Source: a bacterium (GTDB lineage: Bacteria; Bacteroidota; Bacteroidia; Flavobacteriales; Schleiferiaceae). Taken from it: a DNA stretch of 64,000 nt. Below the pieces are notes generated by a model that ran no database searches, was not told where the DNA came from, and was given only the letters and a program-made list of their open reading frames with translations. This document shows positions 18,910-27,395 of the stretch, one piece after another (within the stretch, counting starts at the first letter, position 1; every line of letters begins with the position of its first letter). A program made the position numbers and the translations under genes. Where the stretch lies: positions 2,079 through 66,078 of the forward strand of contig WGMI01000030.1 of assembly GCA_016125155.1 (NCBI GenBank). The letters run 5' to 3'.

Positions 18910-19847
18910 TTTCCTTGGTTTTCCAATTTTTCAAACACCGACTTCAGAATGCGGAAGGCGGTTTCGGCCATGGCATTGCCCTTGTCGTCCAGCACCGGAT
19001 TGACCTCGGTAAACTCAATACAGCACAGCCGCGGATCGTCGATAAGTCGGAGAATGATCTGTTCGACCTCTTCGACTTTAAACCCTCCCGGAACCGGCGT
19101 TCCCGTTCCCCGCGAAATCGAAGGGTCCATACTGTCGACGTCGAAACTCACATAAATCTTGTCGCAGTGTTCGAGCCGTTGAGTGACGATGTCCATCGAA
19201 CCCTCCAGCCCCAAATCGCGGTAGCGAGGTACCGTGATGTTCTCGATCCGATGGCGTATCATGAGGTATTCTTCGGGCTTCTCAAAATCGCGCACCCCGA
19301 TGTAGATCAGGTCCTCGTAGCGGATTCTCGGGTTGTCGCCCTTGAGTTTGTTCCACAACCGAGCGGTTTCTTCGGGCACCTTCACAATCTTGCAATCGAG
19401 GTTGTCTTCGCCCAAGGCTGTGGCCAAAGGCATGCCGTGCATATTGCCCGAAGGGCTGGTGTACGGGGAGTGAATATCCGCATGCGCATCGATCCAAATC
19501 ACCCCGAGCCGTTGCTCGCCCCAGTGGCGTTTGAGCCCGGCCAGCGTGCCTCCGGCGTTGCTGTGGTCGCCGCTGATCACAATCGGAAAATCTCCATCGG
19601 TCAACACTTCGTCGACCTTGGCCTCGACCCGTCCATACACCTTGGTTATCCCGTCCAATCGCTTGGCAAAAGGCGTCTTGATGTCCTCGAACAGACGGTG
19701 ATTTTCGTGCTGGATGAATTCCGGGCGGAGTTTCTTGAAAAACTTCCGGTCCTCTTTGAACGAAGCAATCATCATGGCATCGAAACCGAGGCTCGCACCC
19801 CGGGTTCCGGCACCGAGTTCTGACATATTGCAGATGAGTCGAATCAC
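18906..19847 (-). CDS. Arginase/agmatinase/formimidoylglutamase (ureohydrolase) family protein
   Basis: ISGDHSNAGG, WIDAHADIHSP, and SFDVDSMDP..GTGTPVPGG are the Mn-binding motifs of the arginase fold. Its stop overlaps the argS start (ATGA). Confidence 0.8.
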   Translation of the reverse strand: MIRLICNMSELGAGTRGASLGFDAMMIASFKEDRKFFKKLRPEFIQHENHRLFEDIKTPFAKRLDGITKVYGRVEAKVDEVLTDGDFPIVISGDHSNAGGTLAGLKRHWGEQRLGVIWIDAHADIHSPYTSPSGNMHGMPLATALGEDNLDCKIVKVPEETARLWNKLKGDNPRIRYEDLIYIGVRDFEKPEEYLMIRHRIENITVPRYRDLGLEGSMDIVTQRLEHCDKIYVSFDVDSMDPSISRGTGTPVPGGFKVEEVEQIILRLIDDPRLCCIEFTEVNPVLDDKGNAMAETAFRILKSVFEKLENQGK

Positions 19848-19952
19848 GCGGCTAAGTTAGAAGCCGATGAGCGAGTCCGCCCAACATGGACGCAAAACCT
19901 GCGCAAATGGCTCCTGCGCAAAACTGGGTTCCCTCCTGCTACCTTTGTCCAC

Positions 19953-20789
19953 ATGAGCAAACACATCGTCGACGTGCATGGCATAGCCTGCGGGGCTCCC
20001 GGACTGTTTCTGATTTCGGGACCCTGTGTGATCGAAGAAGAGCACACCATGATGACCGTGGCCGAAAAGCTGGTCAAAATTTCGGAGCGCACGGGCGTTC
20101 CGGTCATCTACAAATCGTCTTTCCAAAAAGACAACCGCAGTTCGGTCAATTACTACCAAGGGCCCGGACTGGACGAAGGCCTCCGCATCCTCGAAAAAGT
20201 CAAGGCGGAAACCGGTTTGCCCCTGCTCTCCGACGTGCACTATCCCGATCAGGTAGCGGCCGCTGCCCAAGTGCTCGATGTCCTTCAAATTCCGGCTTAT
20301 CTGTGTATGCAAACCACGCTCGTGGTCGAAACAGCCAAGACCGGAGCTGTGGTCAACCTCAAGCACGGACAGTTTTTGGCACCCGAAAACATGATCAAGC
20401 CCGTGCAAAAAGTCGAATCGACGGGCAACCACAAAATCATCCTGACCGAAAGGGGCTACACCTTCGGGTACAACGATTTGGTGGTTGATCCCCGCTCTTT
20501 TCACCACCTGCAGCAAACGGGCTATCCGGTCGTATTCGACGTAACCCACTCGATTCGCAAATACGGCATCCCCAGCGCCGATCCTTCCGGAGGTGCGCGT
20601 CAATACCTCGGGGTGTTGGCGAGGGCCGCTGTCGGTGCCGGGGTCGATGGGCTGTTTATCGAAACCCACCCTTGCCCGAGCGAAGCCCTGTGCGACGCCG
20701 CCAGCCAAATGGACATCGACCACCTCGAGGCCTTTCTCAAACCCCTGATCGAGCTCCACGCCATCGAACGCGCGCATCGGCCTGACTGA
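19953..20789 (+). CDS. kdsA: 3-deoxy-8-phosphooctulonate (Kdo-8-P) synthase
   Basis: FLISGPCVIEEE..VPVIYKSSFQKDNRSS..LSDVH..LQIPAYLCMQT..VNLKHGQF..TERGYTFGYN..FDVTHS is the KdsA signature. Confidence 0.9.
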   Translation: MSKHIVDVHGIACGAPGLFLISGPCVIEEEHTMMTVAEKLVKISERTGVPVIYKSSFQKDNRSSVNYYQGPGLDEGLRILEKVKAETGLPLLSDVHYPDQVAAAAQVLDVLQIPAYLCMQTTLVVETAKTGAVVNLKHGQFLAPENMIKPVQKVESTGNHKIILTERGYTFGYNDLVVDPRSFHHLQQTGYPVVFDVTHSIRKYGIPSADPSGGARQYLGVLARAAVGAGVDGLFIETHPCPSEALCDAASQMDIDHLEAFLKPLIELHAIERAHRPD

Positions 20790-20840
20790 TTCGGGACTCG
20801 CTCTATCTTCGCACACTCACAACCTTCAGCCCTCCACACC

Positions 20841-21854
20841 ATGGAACTGTATTTGGACTCTGCGGACATCCGCGAAATCGAAGATGCCTTTCAACTCGGT
20901 TTTCTGGCCGGGCTCACCACCACCCCGACCTTCATGCATCGGCATGGGATTACCGACATTGACGGTACGATCCTGAAGTTGGCGAAAATCGTTCCCGTTT
21001 TGCAGATCGAAGCCTTGGGTCAAACCGCCGAAGAGATTGTCTCAGAGGCCTATCGTCAGGATGCCCTCGGTCTGGACCGCAAAAAGACGGTCTACAAAAT
21101 TCCCGTATCGCTCGAAGGGGTCAAAGCGTGTAAAAAGCTGGTGGACGAAGGCTTTATGGTCAACGTCCATTTGGTTTATACCCTGCAACAAGCCTATATG
21201 GCCATGGCGGCGGGCGCCACCTATGTATGCCCCTTGGTCGGTCGTCTTCAGGATCAGGGACAAGACGCCCTTCAACTCGTTGAGCAGTGCGTGGATGCCG
21301 TGGAGTACTATGGGTACGACACCAAAGTCATGTTCTCTTCGGTGCGCAATGTGGAGCACGTCCGCAACGCCATCAACCTCGGTGTCCACACCGTTACGGT
21401 GCCTTGGAAACTGATGAAACAGTTGACCGAAAACCACTTTACGAGCATTGGTACCCAGGAGTTTTACGAACACACCCGGTTGATGACGCTCAAGGTCCGC
21501 GATTTGCTCAACGGCAAAAATCCCATGGCTCAGATCGAGCACACCGTGGCCGAGGCCCTGCTCCGGATGACGGAAGGCGGGTTTGGAGCGGTGACCATCG
21601 TGGATGCGGCACACAAGCCGATCGGGATGTTTACCGACGGCGATCTTCGCCGCTTGATGAGCGCCGGAGACAACCAGTTGTTGGGCCGTTCGCTGGGCAC
21701 CCTCGACCTCAAAGTGCCCGTCTCGGTGGAGGCCGATGAACTCCTGTTCGAAGCCAATAAATTGTTCCGCGAACGCCAAATCGATACGCTGGTAGTGACT
21801 GAAGGCGGTAAGGTGATCGGCATGCTGGACATCCAGGAAATGATGCAGGGGTGA
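20841..21854 (+). CDS. Fusion protein: FSA/TalC-type class I aldolase (transaldolase family) N-domain plus a KdsD-like CBS pair
   Basis: N-terminus: MELYLDSADIREI.., LAGLTTTPTF, TVYKIPVS (position of the Schiff-base Lys in E. coli FSA, VVKVPVT, from memory), GATYVCPLVGRL. C-terminus of about 120 aa: ..AVTIVDAAHKPIGMFTDGDLRRLM...TLVVTEGGKVIGMLDIQEMM. This resembles the CBS pair of arabinose-5-phosphate isomerase KdsD (GIFTDGDLRR). No SIS domain is present. Confidence 0.75.
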   Translation: MELYLDSADIREIEDAFQLGFLAGLTTTPTFMHRHGITDIDGTILKLAKIVPVLQIEALGQTAEEIVSEAYRQDALGLDRKKTVYKIPVSLEGVKACKKLVDEGFMVNVHLVYTLQQAYMAMAAGATYVCPLVGRLQDQGQDALQLVEQCVDAVEYYGYDTKVMFSSVRNVEHVRNAINLGVHTVTVPWKLMKQLTENHFTSIGTQEFYEHTRLMTLKVRDLLNGKNPMAQIEHTVAEALLRMTEGGFGAVTIVDAAHKPIGMFTDGDLRRLMSAGDNQLLGRSLGTLDLKVPVSVEADELLFEANKLFRERQIDTLVVTEGGKVIGMLDIQEMMQG

Positions 21855-22528
21855 ACCTCGAAGCCCTGAACGCTTACGAACAGCGCGGTGCGCGTTTTCC
21901 ACGAGGCGTGGAACAGGTATCTGTCGCAGTTCGAAAAGTGCGGTTGCTGTTGTTCGATTGGGACGGGGTCTTCAACAACGGGTCCAAATCGGGGATGGAA
22001 GGCAGCGGCTTTAGCGAGGTCGATTCGCTGGGAACCAACTTGTTGCGCTATGGTCTCTACCTCCACCACGGAAGCCTGCCGAGGACTGCGATCCTGAGCG
22101 GGGCCCGCAACGAAACTGCCGAAGCCTTTGCAGCCAGAGAACATTTTGACGCAGTCTATACCCAATTCAAAGACAAATCGGAAGCCTTGAGCCATTTGTG
22201 TTCTCAGTGGCAACTCGAACCCGAACAAGTCGGCTTTTTCTTTGACGATGTTCTCGATCTGGCTCCCGCCACCCGCTGCGGACTGAGGGTGTTTCTCGGC
22301 TCGGGGCACAGCGCTTCGCTGGCTGATTTTGTCGAGACCCGCGAACTGGCCGATGTTGTACCTGCCCGGTCTGGGGGTCAGGGTGGGGTGAGGGAAAGTT
22401 GCGACCTCTTGCTCGAGGCACTCGGAGTCTATGCTGCCTGCGTAGAAGATCGAATGGCCTTGAACGAGCGCTACCTCCATTTTTGGAATTGGAGACAAAC
22501 CCTCGAAACCCAGGTACAGCGCGCCTGA
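21851..22528 (+). CDS. kdsC: Kdo-8-phosphate phosphatase-like HAD hydrolase
   Basis: VRLLLFDWDGVFNNG (DxDG HAD motif I), FFFDDVLDL, and GGQGGVRESCDLLLEALG (compare KdsC GGRGAVREVCDLLL, from memory). The GTG start overlaps the upstream stop. The N-terminus is about 40 aa longer than a typical KdsC, so the start is uncertain. Confidence 0.75.
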   Translation: MNLEALNAYEQRGARFPRGVEQVSVAVRKVRLLLFDWDGVFNNGSKSGMEGSGFSEVDSLGTNLLRYGLYLHHGSLPRTAILSGARNETAEAFAAREHFDAVYTQFKDKSEALSHLCSQWQLEPEQVGFFFDDVLDLAPATRCGLRVFLGSGHSASLADFVETRELADVVPARSGGQGGVRESCDLLLEALGVYAACVEDRMALNERYLHFWNWRQTLETQVQRA

Positions 22529-22535
22529 TCGAACC

Positions 22536-23012
22536 ATGGCTCAGCCCTCGCTCCACCCCACCCAAATCAGGGAACTCAAGGTGATTGGTTCCACCGACTG
22601 CCTCGATTTTCCCGACTTCGGGTTGGAAAACATCGATTGCAAAATCGATACCGGCGCCGGAATCTCTGCTCTGCATTGCCACAGTGTTCGCTTGGTCGAA
22701 AAAGACGGACAGCAATACGTCAGTTTCAAACTGCTCGACCCCAAACACCCCGCCTACCAAAAACGGGAATTCCGCAGCAGCGATTTTAAAGAGCGCAAAG
22801 TAAAAAGTTCGTTCGGGGCCTCGGAGTTCCGTTTTTCGATTCGAACCCGAATCACGGTGATGGGCAAGACCTATAAAGCCGAATTTACCCTGACCGACCG
22901 CAAGCGGATGAAATACCCTGTCTTGTTGGGCAAGCGCTTTTTGAAAAATCGTTTTTTGGTCGACGTAGCTCTAAAAAATCAAAGTTTTTTCTTGAAAAAC
23001 GAAGCCGAGTAA
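22536..23012 (+). CDS. Retropepsin-like aspartic peptidase / 'ATP-dependent zinc protease' family protein (RimB-like partner of RimK)
   Basis: CKIDTGAGISALH (DTGA active-site-like motif), YPVLLGKRFL, and its position directly upstream of rimK. Confidence 0.7.
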   Translation: MAQPSLHPTQIRELKVIGSTDCLDFPDFGLENIDCKIDTGAGISALHCHSVRLVEKDGQQYVSFKLLDPKHPAYQKREFRSSDFKERKVKSSFGASEFRFSIRTRITVMGKTYKAEFTLTDRKRMKYPVLLGKRFLKNRFLVDVALKNQSFFLKNEAE

Positions 23013-23150
23013 GCCGACTCACACCATGCATAATCTTATCTTTTCACACCGAGTGGTGCTTCGATGCGCATCGTTCATTCAAAACCGTTTCTCCGCGTCC
23101 GGAACCCTTTTTTAAACAGTTATTTTCGCCTGATGGGCGAATGAACCTCC

Positions 23151-24080
23151 ATGAAATCCAAACCTCTGGACATTCTGATTCTCTCCACCAACGCAGAATT
23201 GTATTCTACGAAGAGACTCAAAGAATCGGCCGAAAAAAGGGGGCATGTAGCCAAGGTGATGAACCACACCCGCTGTTATGCCCTGATGGAAACCGGACAC
23301 AACGAGATTTTCTTCAAAGACCACGCGGTCAGCAATGTCGACGCAGTCATTCCGCGGATCGGGGCGAGTGTTACGTTTTACGGGAGCTCGATCATTCGGC
23401 AATTCGAAATGAAAAAGGTCTTTACCACCACGGGTTCGCTCGCCTTGGTGCGTTCACGGGACAAACTGAGGGCCACCCAAATCCTGGCACGGCACGGCAT
23501 CGGCATTCCGAAAACCGTGTTTGCGCGCAACCCGGACGACGTAGACAGCCTGATTGCCCAAGTAGGTGGCGCACCGCTCATCGTCAAACTCCTCGAAGGC
23601 ACCCAGGGTTTGGGGGTGGTGCTGGCCGAAACCAAAAAGGCGGCGCGCAGCGTGATTGAGGCCTTTTATGGACTCAACGCCAATATTTTGGTGCAAGAGT
23701 TTATCGCAGAGGCCAACGGAGCCGATTTGCGGTGCATTGTGGTCGATGGTAAAGTGGTCGCTGCCTATCGCCGACAGGGATTGGAAGGAGAGTTTCGCTC
23801 CAACCTCCATCGGGGGGGCATCGGCAGTCCGGTGCGGCTCAAAAAAGCCGAGCGCGAAATGGCCATCAAAGCCACCAAGGCCCTTGGGCTTTCAATAGCG
23901 GGCGTCGATATGCTCCAGAGCAACCGGGGCCCCTTGATCCTCGAGGTCAATTCGTCTCCGGGACTCGAAGGAGTCGAAAAGGCCACGGGCATCGATGTGG
24001 CCGGGGCCATCATCGAGTATATAGAACGCCAATTGCTCTTGCCGCGCAAAAAGAGCGCGACCGATCAGGTAGGCGCATGA
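23151..24080 (+). CDS. rimK: Ribosomal protein S6 glutamate ligase / alpha-L-glutamate ligase, ATP-grasp
   Basis: [62 protein letters not shown], and [12 protein letters not shown]. Confidence 0.9.
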   Translation: MKSKPLDILILSTNAELYSTKRLKESAEKRGHVAKVMNHTRCYALMETGHNEIFFKDHAVSNVDAVIPRIGASVTFYGSSIIRQFEMKKVFTTTGSLALVRSRDKLRATQILARHGIGIPKTVFARNPDDVDSLIAQVGGAPLIVKLLEGTQGLGVVLAETKKAARSVIEAFYGLNANILVQEFIAEANGADLRCIVVDGKVVAAYRRQGLEGEFRSNLHRGGIGSPVRLKKAEREMAIKATKALGLSIAGVDMLQSNRGPLILEVNSSPGLEGVEKATGIDVAGAIIEYIERQLLLPRKKSATDQVGA

Positions 24081-24763
24081 TGCCGCGGTTTTTTGACCCT
24101 GCGCTCGGGGCATCCGGGGGTTTGGACGAGGACGAAGCCCGGCATGCGCTCAAGGTGCTCAGACTCGGCACGGGCAGCGAAATCGAACTCTGCGATGGAC
24201 GAGGCGGACTGGCCCGGGCCGTACTCGCCGATGCTCAGGCGAACTTCTCCGTGCTTCAATCGGAACAACACCCTCGGATCACCCCCGGTCTAACGGTAGC
24301 CATGGCGCCGACCAAACAAATGGATCGGGTAGAATGGGCGGTCGAAAAATTGGCCGAAATGGGGGTCGATCGATTTGTTCCACTGCTGACCACCCGCACC
24401 GAACGCGGCGCAGTGCGGACCGACCGACTCGAGCGCATCGCCCTGAGCGCGCTCAAACAGAGTCGTTCGCTGTTTTTGATGGAGATTGCTCCGCTTACCC
24501 CGTTGAACGCTGTGCTTGAGCAGTTTTCCAAAACGCAAATCCTTCTGGCCCATTGCGCGGAGGCACCCAAAACACCGCTGTCGGACGTTCCCCTATCAAC
24601 AGACACGGTGCTCCTGATTGGGCCGGAAGGCGATTTTACCCCTGAGGAGATTGCGCTCGCTTTGGATCGGCAGGCAACGGGCATCAATTTGGGCCCCAGG
24701 CGATTGCGCACCGAAACGGCGGCGCTTTACGGAAGTGCGGTCTTGCTCGGATCGCGCCGGTAA
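24077..24763 (+). CDS. rsmE: 16S rRNA (uracil1498-N3)-methyltransferase
   Basis: MPRFFDP...[24 protein letters not shown]; a C-terminal SPOUT motif [26 protein letters not shown]. Confidence 0.85.
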   Translation: MMPRFFDPALGASGGLDEDEARHALKVLRLGTGSEIELCDGRGGLARAVLADAQANFSVLQSEQHPRITPGLTVAMAPTKQMDRVEWAVEKLAEMGVDRFVPLLTTRTERGAVRTDRLERIALSALKQSRSLFLMEIAPLTPLNAVLEQFSKTQILLAHCAEAPKTPLSDVPLSTDTVLLIGPEGDFTPEEIALALDRQATGINLGPRRLRTETAALYGSAVLLGSRR

Positions 24764-26388
24764 AACACAAAGCCATTTTCCGACTTCAACCGTCGGGCAT
24801 CGGGGGCCTTGGCCTCGAACTCGGCTTGCTTGTCGATTTTCACGACAAAGTAAACAGGCAAAGCGAGGGAGTCGGTCAAGAGTTCAACCCCGGATTGAGG
24901 CACATCCGTCGGCTGTCGTTCCGAATAATAAAAGGGAACGTAACTTTTAAAACCATAAGTCGCTACATGCGCGGGTTCACCCCGAAGTCTCTTATAAAAA
25001 GCGACGTTGGCGTGCTGAGAGTACCGTTCGATGCGGGCGGGAAACAAATAGACCGCGCTCTGAATCCACAATAGGTGCAGCCCCAATATCCAAAATGGCT
25101 TGGCCCGAAACATCCAAACGAGTGCGGAGGCCAAGGCGAACAAACCGGCTAAGAAGGTAAACCAAGGCCATTCGACCACGGCTTCAAAATTGGCCCGGGC
25201 AAAGGGGTCTCCCTCGAGCCGCTCGGTCAGCCACTCCGGGTTCTGCCCGATGCCCACCAAGGCGAACGAGGCCAGGGCATACACCAGCGCAACTCCCGCG
25301 CCCAGCGCTTTGAAACCCCTGGGAATGCGCCACCCCTCGCGCTGAAGCTGCTCAATGCCCATCGCCGCCCAATAGGCCAAGGGGAAATACGCCAACGAGG
25401 AATAGTGGACAATCTTGGAGCGCACCAAACTGAACAAAATCAACACCACCCACAGCAAGGCACTCATCCACAATCCATAACCTGCGGCCTTAGAGCCGCC
25501 TATGCGGGGTTTGGGCTGCCCCCAGAGCGAGGCGATGGCGCCGACCGAAGCAGGAAAACACCCGAGAAGCAACACCACAAAATGGTAGCCCGGAAACCCG
25601 CCGTGTCCGGCATCGGGGGTGGTGAGCAGCGCCCATTGGCGCTGTGTAAATTCGATGGCAAAGCCGGGGCCGTTCATCAACGTGATGCTGCCGTACCACA
25701 ACAGCGACACCCCAATGCAGGCCAAACCGAACACCAAAGGCTCGAGGGGTCTGCGCAGCCAGCGAAAGCCCTGAAAAACTTCGATGGACAAAACCACCAG
25801 TCCGACGATGAGCACCGCCGCAGGCCCTTTGGTCAACACGGCCAGACCCAGCGCCGTCCCCCCCCACAACAACGAACTCCAATTCCGAGGGTTTGTCTGG
25901 TTTTGATGGGCATACAACTCGTTCAATGCGAGAAAGATGAACAAGTTGAACCAAGGATCGATCAGCCCGGAACGGAAGTACAGATGGGGCAAAGTGCTGG
26001 CCGCGTAACAGCCCATCCACAGCAGACCAAAACCCACCCCTCTGACGCGCTTTCCGGCCAGGAACAAGGCCATCAGCGTCACAAATCCCGCGACCGCATT
26101 CGGAAAACGGGCGCCAAACTCCCCGGTGCCAAAGCACTGCATAGAGAGCGCCTGCAACCAAAAGAACAGAGGCGGTTTTTCGGTAAAGGGCCGGAATTCG
26201 AACTGGGGCTGTAGGTAGTTTCCCGTAACCACCATTTCCCGAGCCAATTCCGCAAAATTGACCTCGTCCCAATCGAACAAGGGAACCGCCGATTGAAACG
26301 GCAAAAACCACAGCGCGCACAACAACGCGACTCCGATCCAAAAGCGAACCGGGCTGCGCGCATAGAACTGAATGAGCGACTCCATCAT
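24727..26388 (-). CDS. ArnT/PMT-like glycosyltransferase family 39 membrane protein
   Basis: Polytopic protein. The N-terminal loop PLFDWDEVNFAELAREM..FEFRPFTEKPPLFFWL is the DE-containing motif of the GT39/ArnT family. Confidence 0.75.
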   Translation of the reverse strand: MMESLIQFYARSPVRFWIGVALLCALWFLPFQSAVPLFDWDEVNFAELAREMVVTGNYLQPQFEFRPFTEKPPLFFWLQALSMQCFGTGEFGARFPNAVAGFVTLMALFLAGKRVRGVGFGLLWMGCYAASTLPHLYFRSGLIDPWFNLFIFLALNELYAHQNQTNPRNWSSLLWGGTALGLAVLTKGPAAVLIVGLVVLSIEVFQGFRWLRRPLEPLVFGLACIGVSLLWYGSITLMNGPGFAIEFTQRQWALLTTPDAGHGGFPGYHFVVLLLGCFPASVGAIASLWGQPKPRIGGSKAAGYGLWMSALLWVVLILFSLVRSKIVHYSSLAYFPLAYWAAMGIEQLQREGWRIPRGFKALGAGVALVYALASFALVGIGQNPEWLTERLEGDPFARANFEAVVEWPWFTFLAGLFALASALVWMFRAKPFWILGLHLLWIQSAVYLFPARIERYSQHANVAFYKRLRGEPAHVATYGFKSYVPFYYSERQPTDVPQSGVELLTDSLALPVYFVVKIDKQAEFEAKAPDARRLKSENGFVFYRRDPSKTALP

Positions 26389-26469
26389 TCCCGCTTTCGT
26401 TTATACGCCGAAGTGAACCGCGGCTTTAAGCGCCCCTCGAACCGGCTTCGAAGCAAAGGGCTTGCGCGG

Positions 26470-27342
26470 TTACGCCTTGAGCAACTCGGCCATCCGCTTG
26501 CCGATGTGCGCCGGAGAATCGACTACGTGCACCCCGCATTCGCGCAAAATGGCTTTTTTGGCTTGGGCAGTGTCTTCGGCTCCTCCGACAATGGCTCCGG
26601 CATGCCCCATGGTCCGGCCTTTGGGCGCTGTTTCTCCCGCAATAAAGCCCACCACCGGCTTGGTGCCGTGCTCTTTGATCCAGCGCGCGGCTTCGGCTTC
26701 GAGGCTGCCACCGATTTCCCCAATCATCACAATGCCATAGGTTTCGGGGTCCTTCATCAGCAATTCAACCGCCTGACGCGTCGTCGTGCCAATAATCGGG
26801 TCTCCCCCGATGCCGATGGCGGTCGTAACCCCCAATCCGGCCTTCGAAATTTGATCGGCGGCCTCGTAGGTCAAGGTGCCCGACTTCGAAACAATGCCCA
26901 CCTTGCCAGGTACAAAGACAAAACCGGGCATGATGCCCACTTTGGCTTCTCCCGCGGTTATGACACCAGGGCAGTTTGGGCCGATCAACACGCAATCGCG
27001 CTCAGCCACATAGGCCTTGACCTTCACCATATCCTTGACGGGGATGCCCTCGGTAATGGTGACGATCACCTTGATGCCCGCTTCGGCGGCTTCCAAAATA
27101 GCGTCGGCGGCAAAGGCCGGAGGAACAAACAAAATCGACACATCGGCCCCCGTTTGGGCCACGGCCTGGGCCACAGTGTCAAAAACCGGACGGTCCAAAT
27201 GCCTCTGCCCCCCTTTTCCCGGGGTCACTCCACCCACCACATTGGTGCCGTATTCGATCATTTGACTGGCGTGGAAGGTTCCTTCACTGCCGGTAAAGCC
27301 CTGTACGATGACTTTCGAATGTTTGTTGACCAAAACGCTCAT
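26470..27342 (-). CDS. sucD: Succinate--CoA ligase subunit alpha
   Basis: [47 protein letters not shown]. Confidence 0.95.
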   Translation of the reverse strand: MSVLVNKHSKVIVQGFTGSEGTFHASQMIEYGTNVVGGVTPGKGGQRHLDRPVFDTVAQAVAQTGADVSILFVPPAFAADAILEAAEAGIKVIVTITEGIPVKDMVKVKAYVAERDCVLIGPNCPGVITAGEAKVGIMPGFVFVPGKVGIVSKSGTLTYEAADQISKAGLGVTTAIGIGGDPIIGTTTRQAVELLMKDPETYGIVMIGEIGGSLEAEAARWIKEHGTKPVVGFIAGETAPKGRTMGHAGAIVGGAEDTAQAKKAILRECGVHVVDSPAHIGKRMAELLKA

Positions 27343-27395
27343 ATGCTTTCGAGTTTAGGTGGGGTGGGCGCAAAAATAGACTGAAAAGCCCGGGT

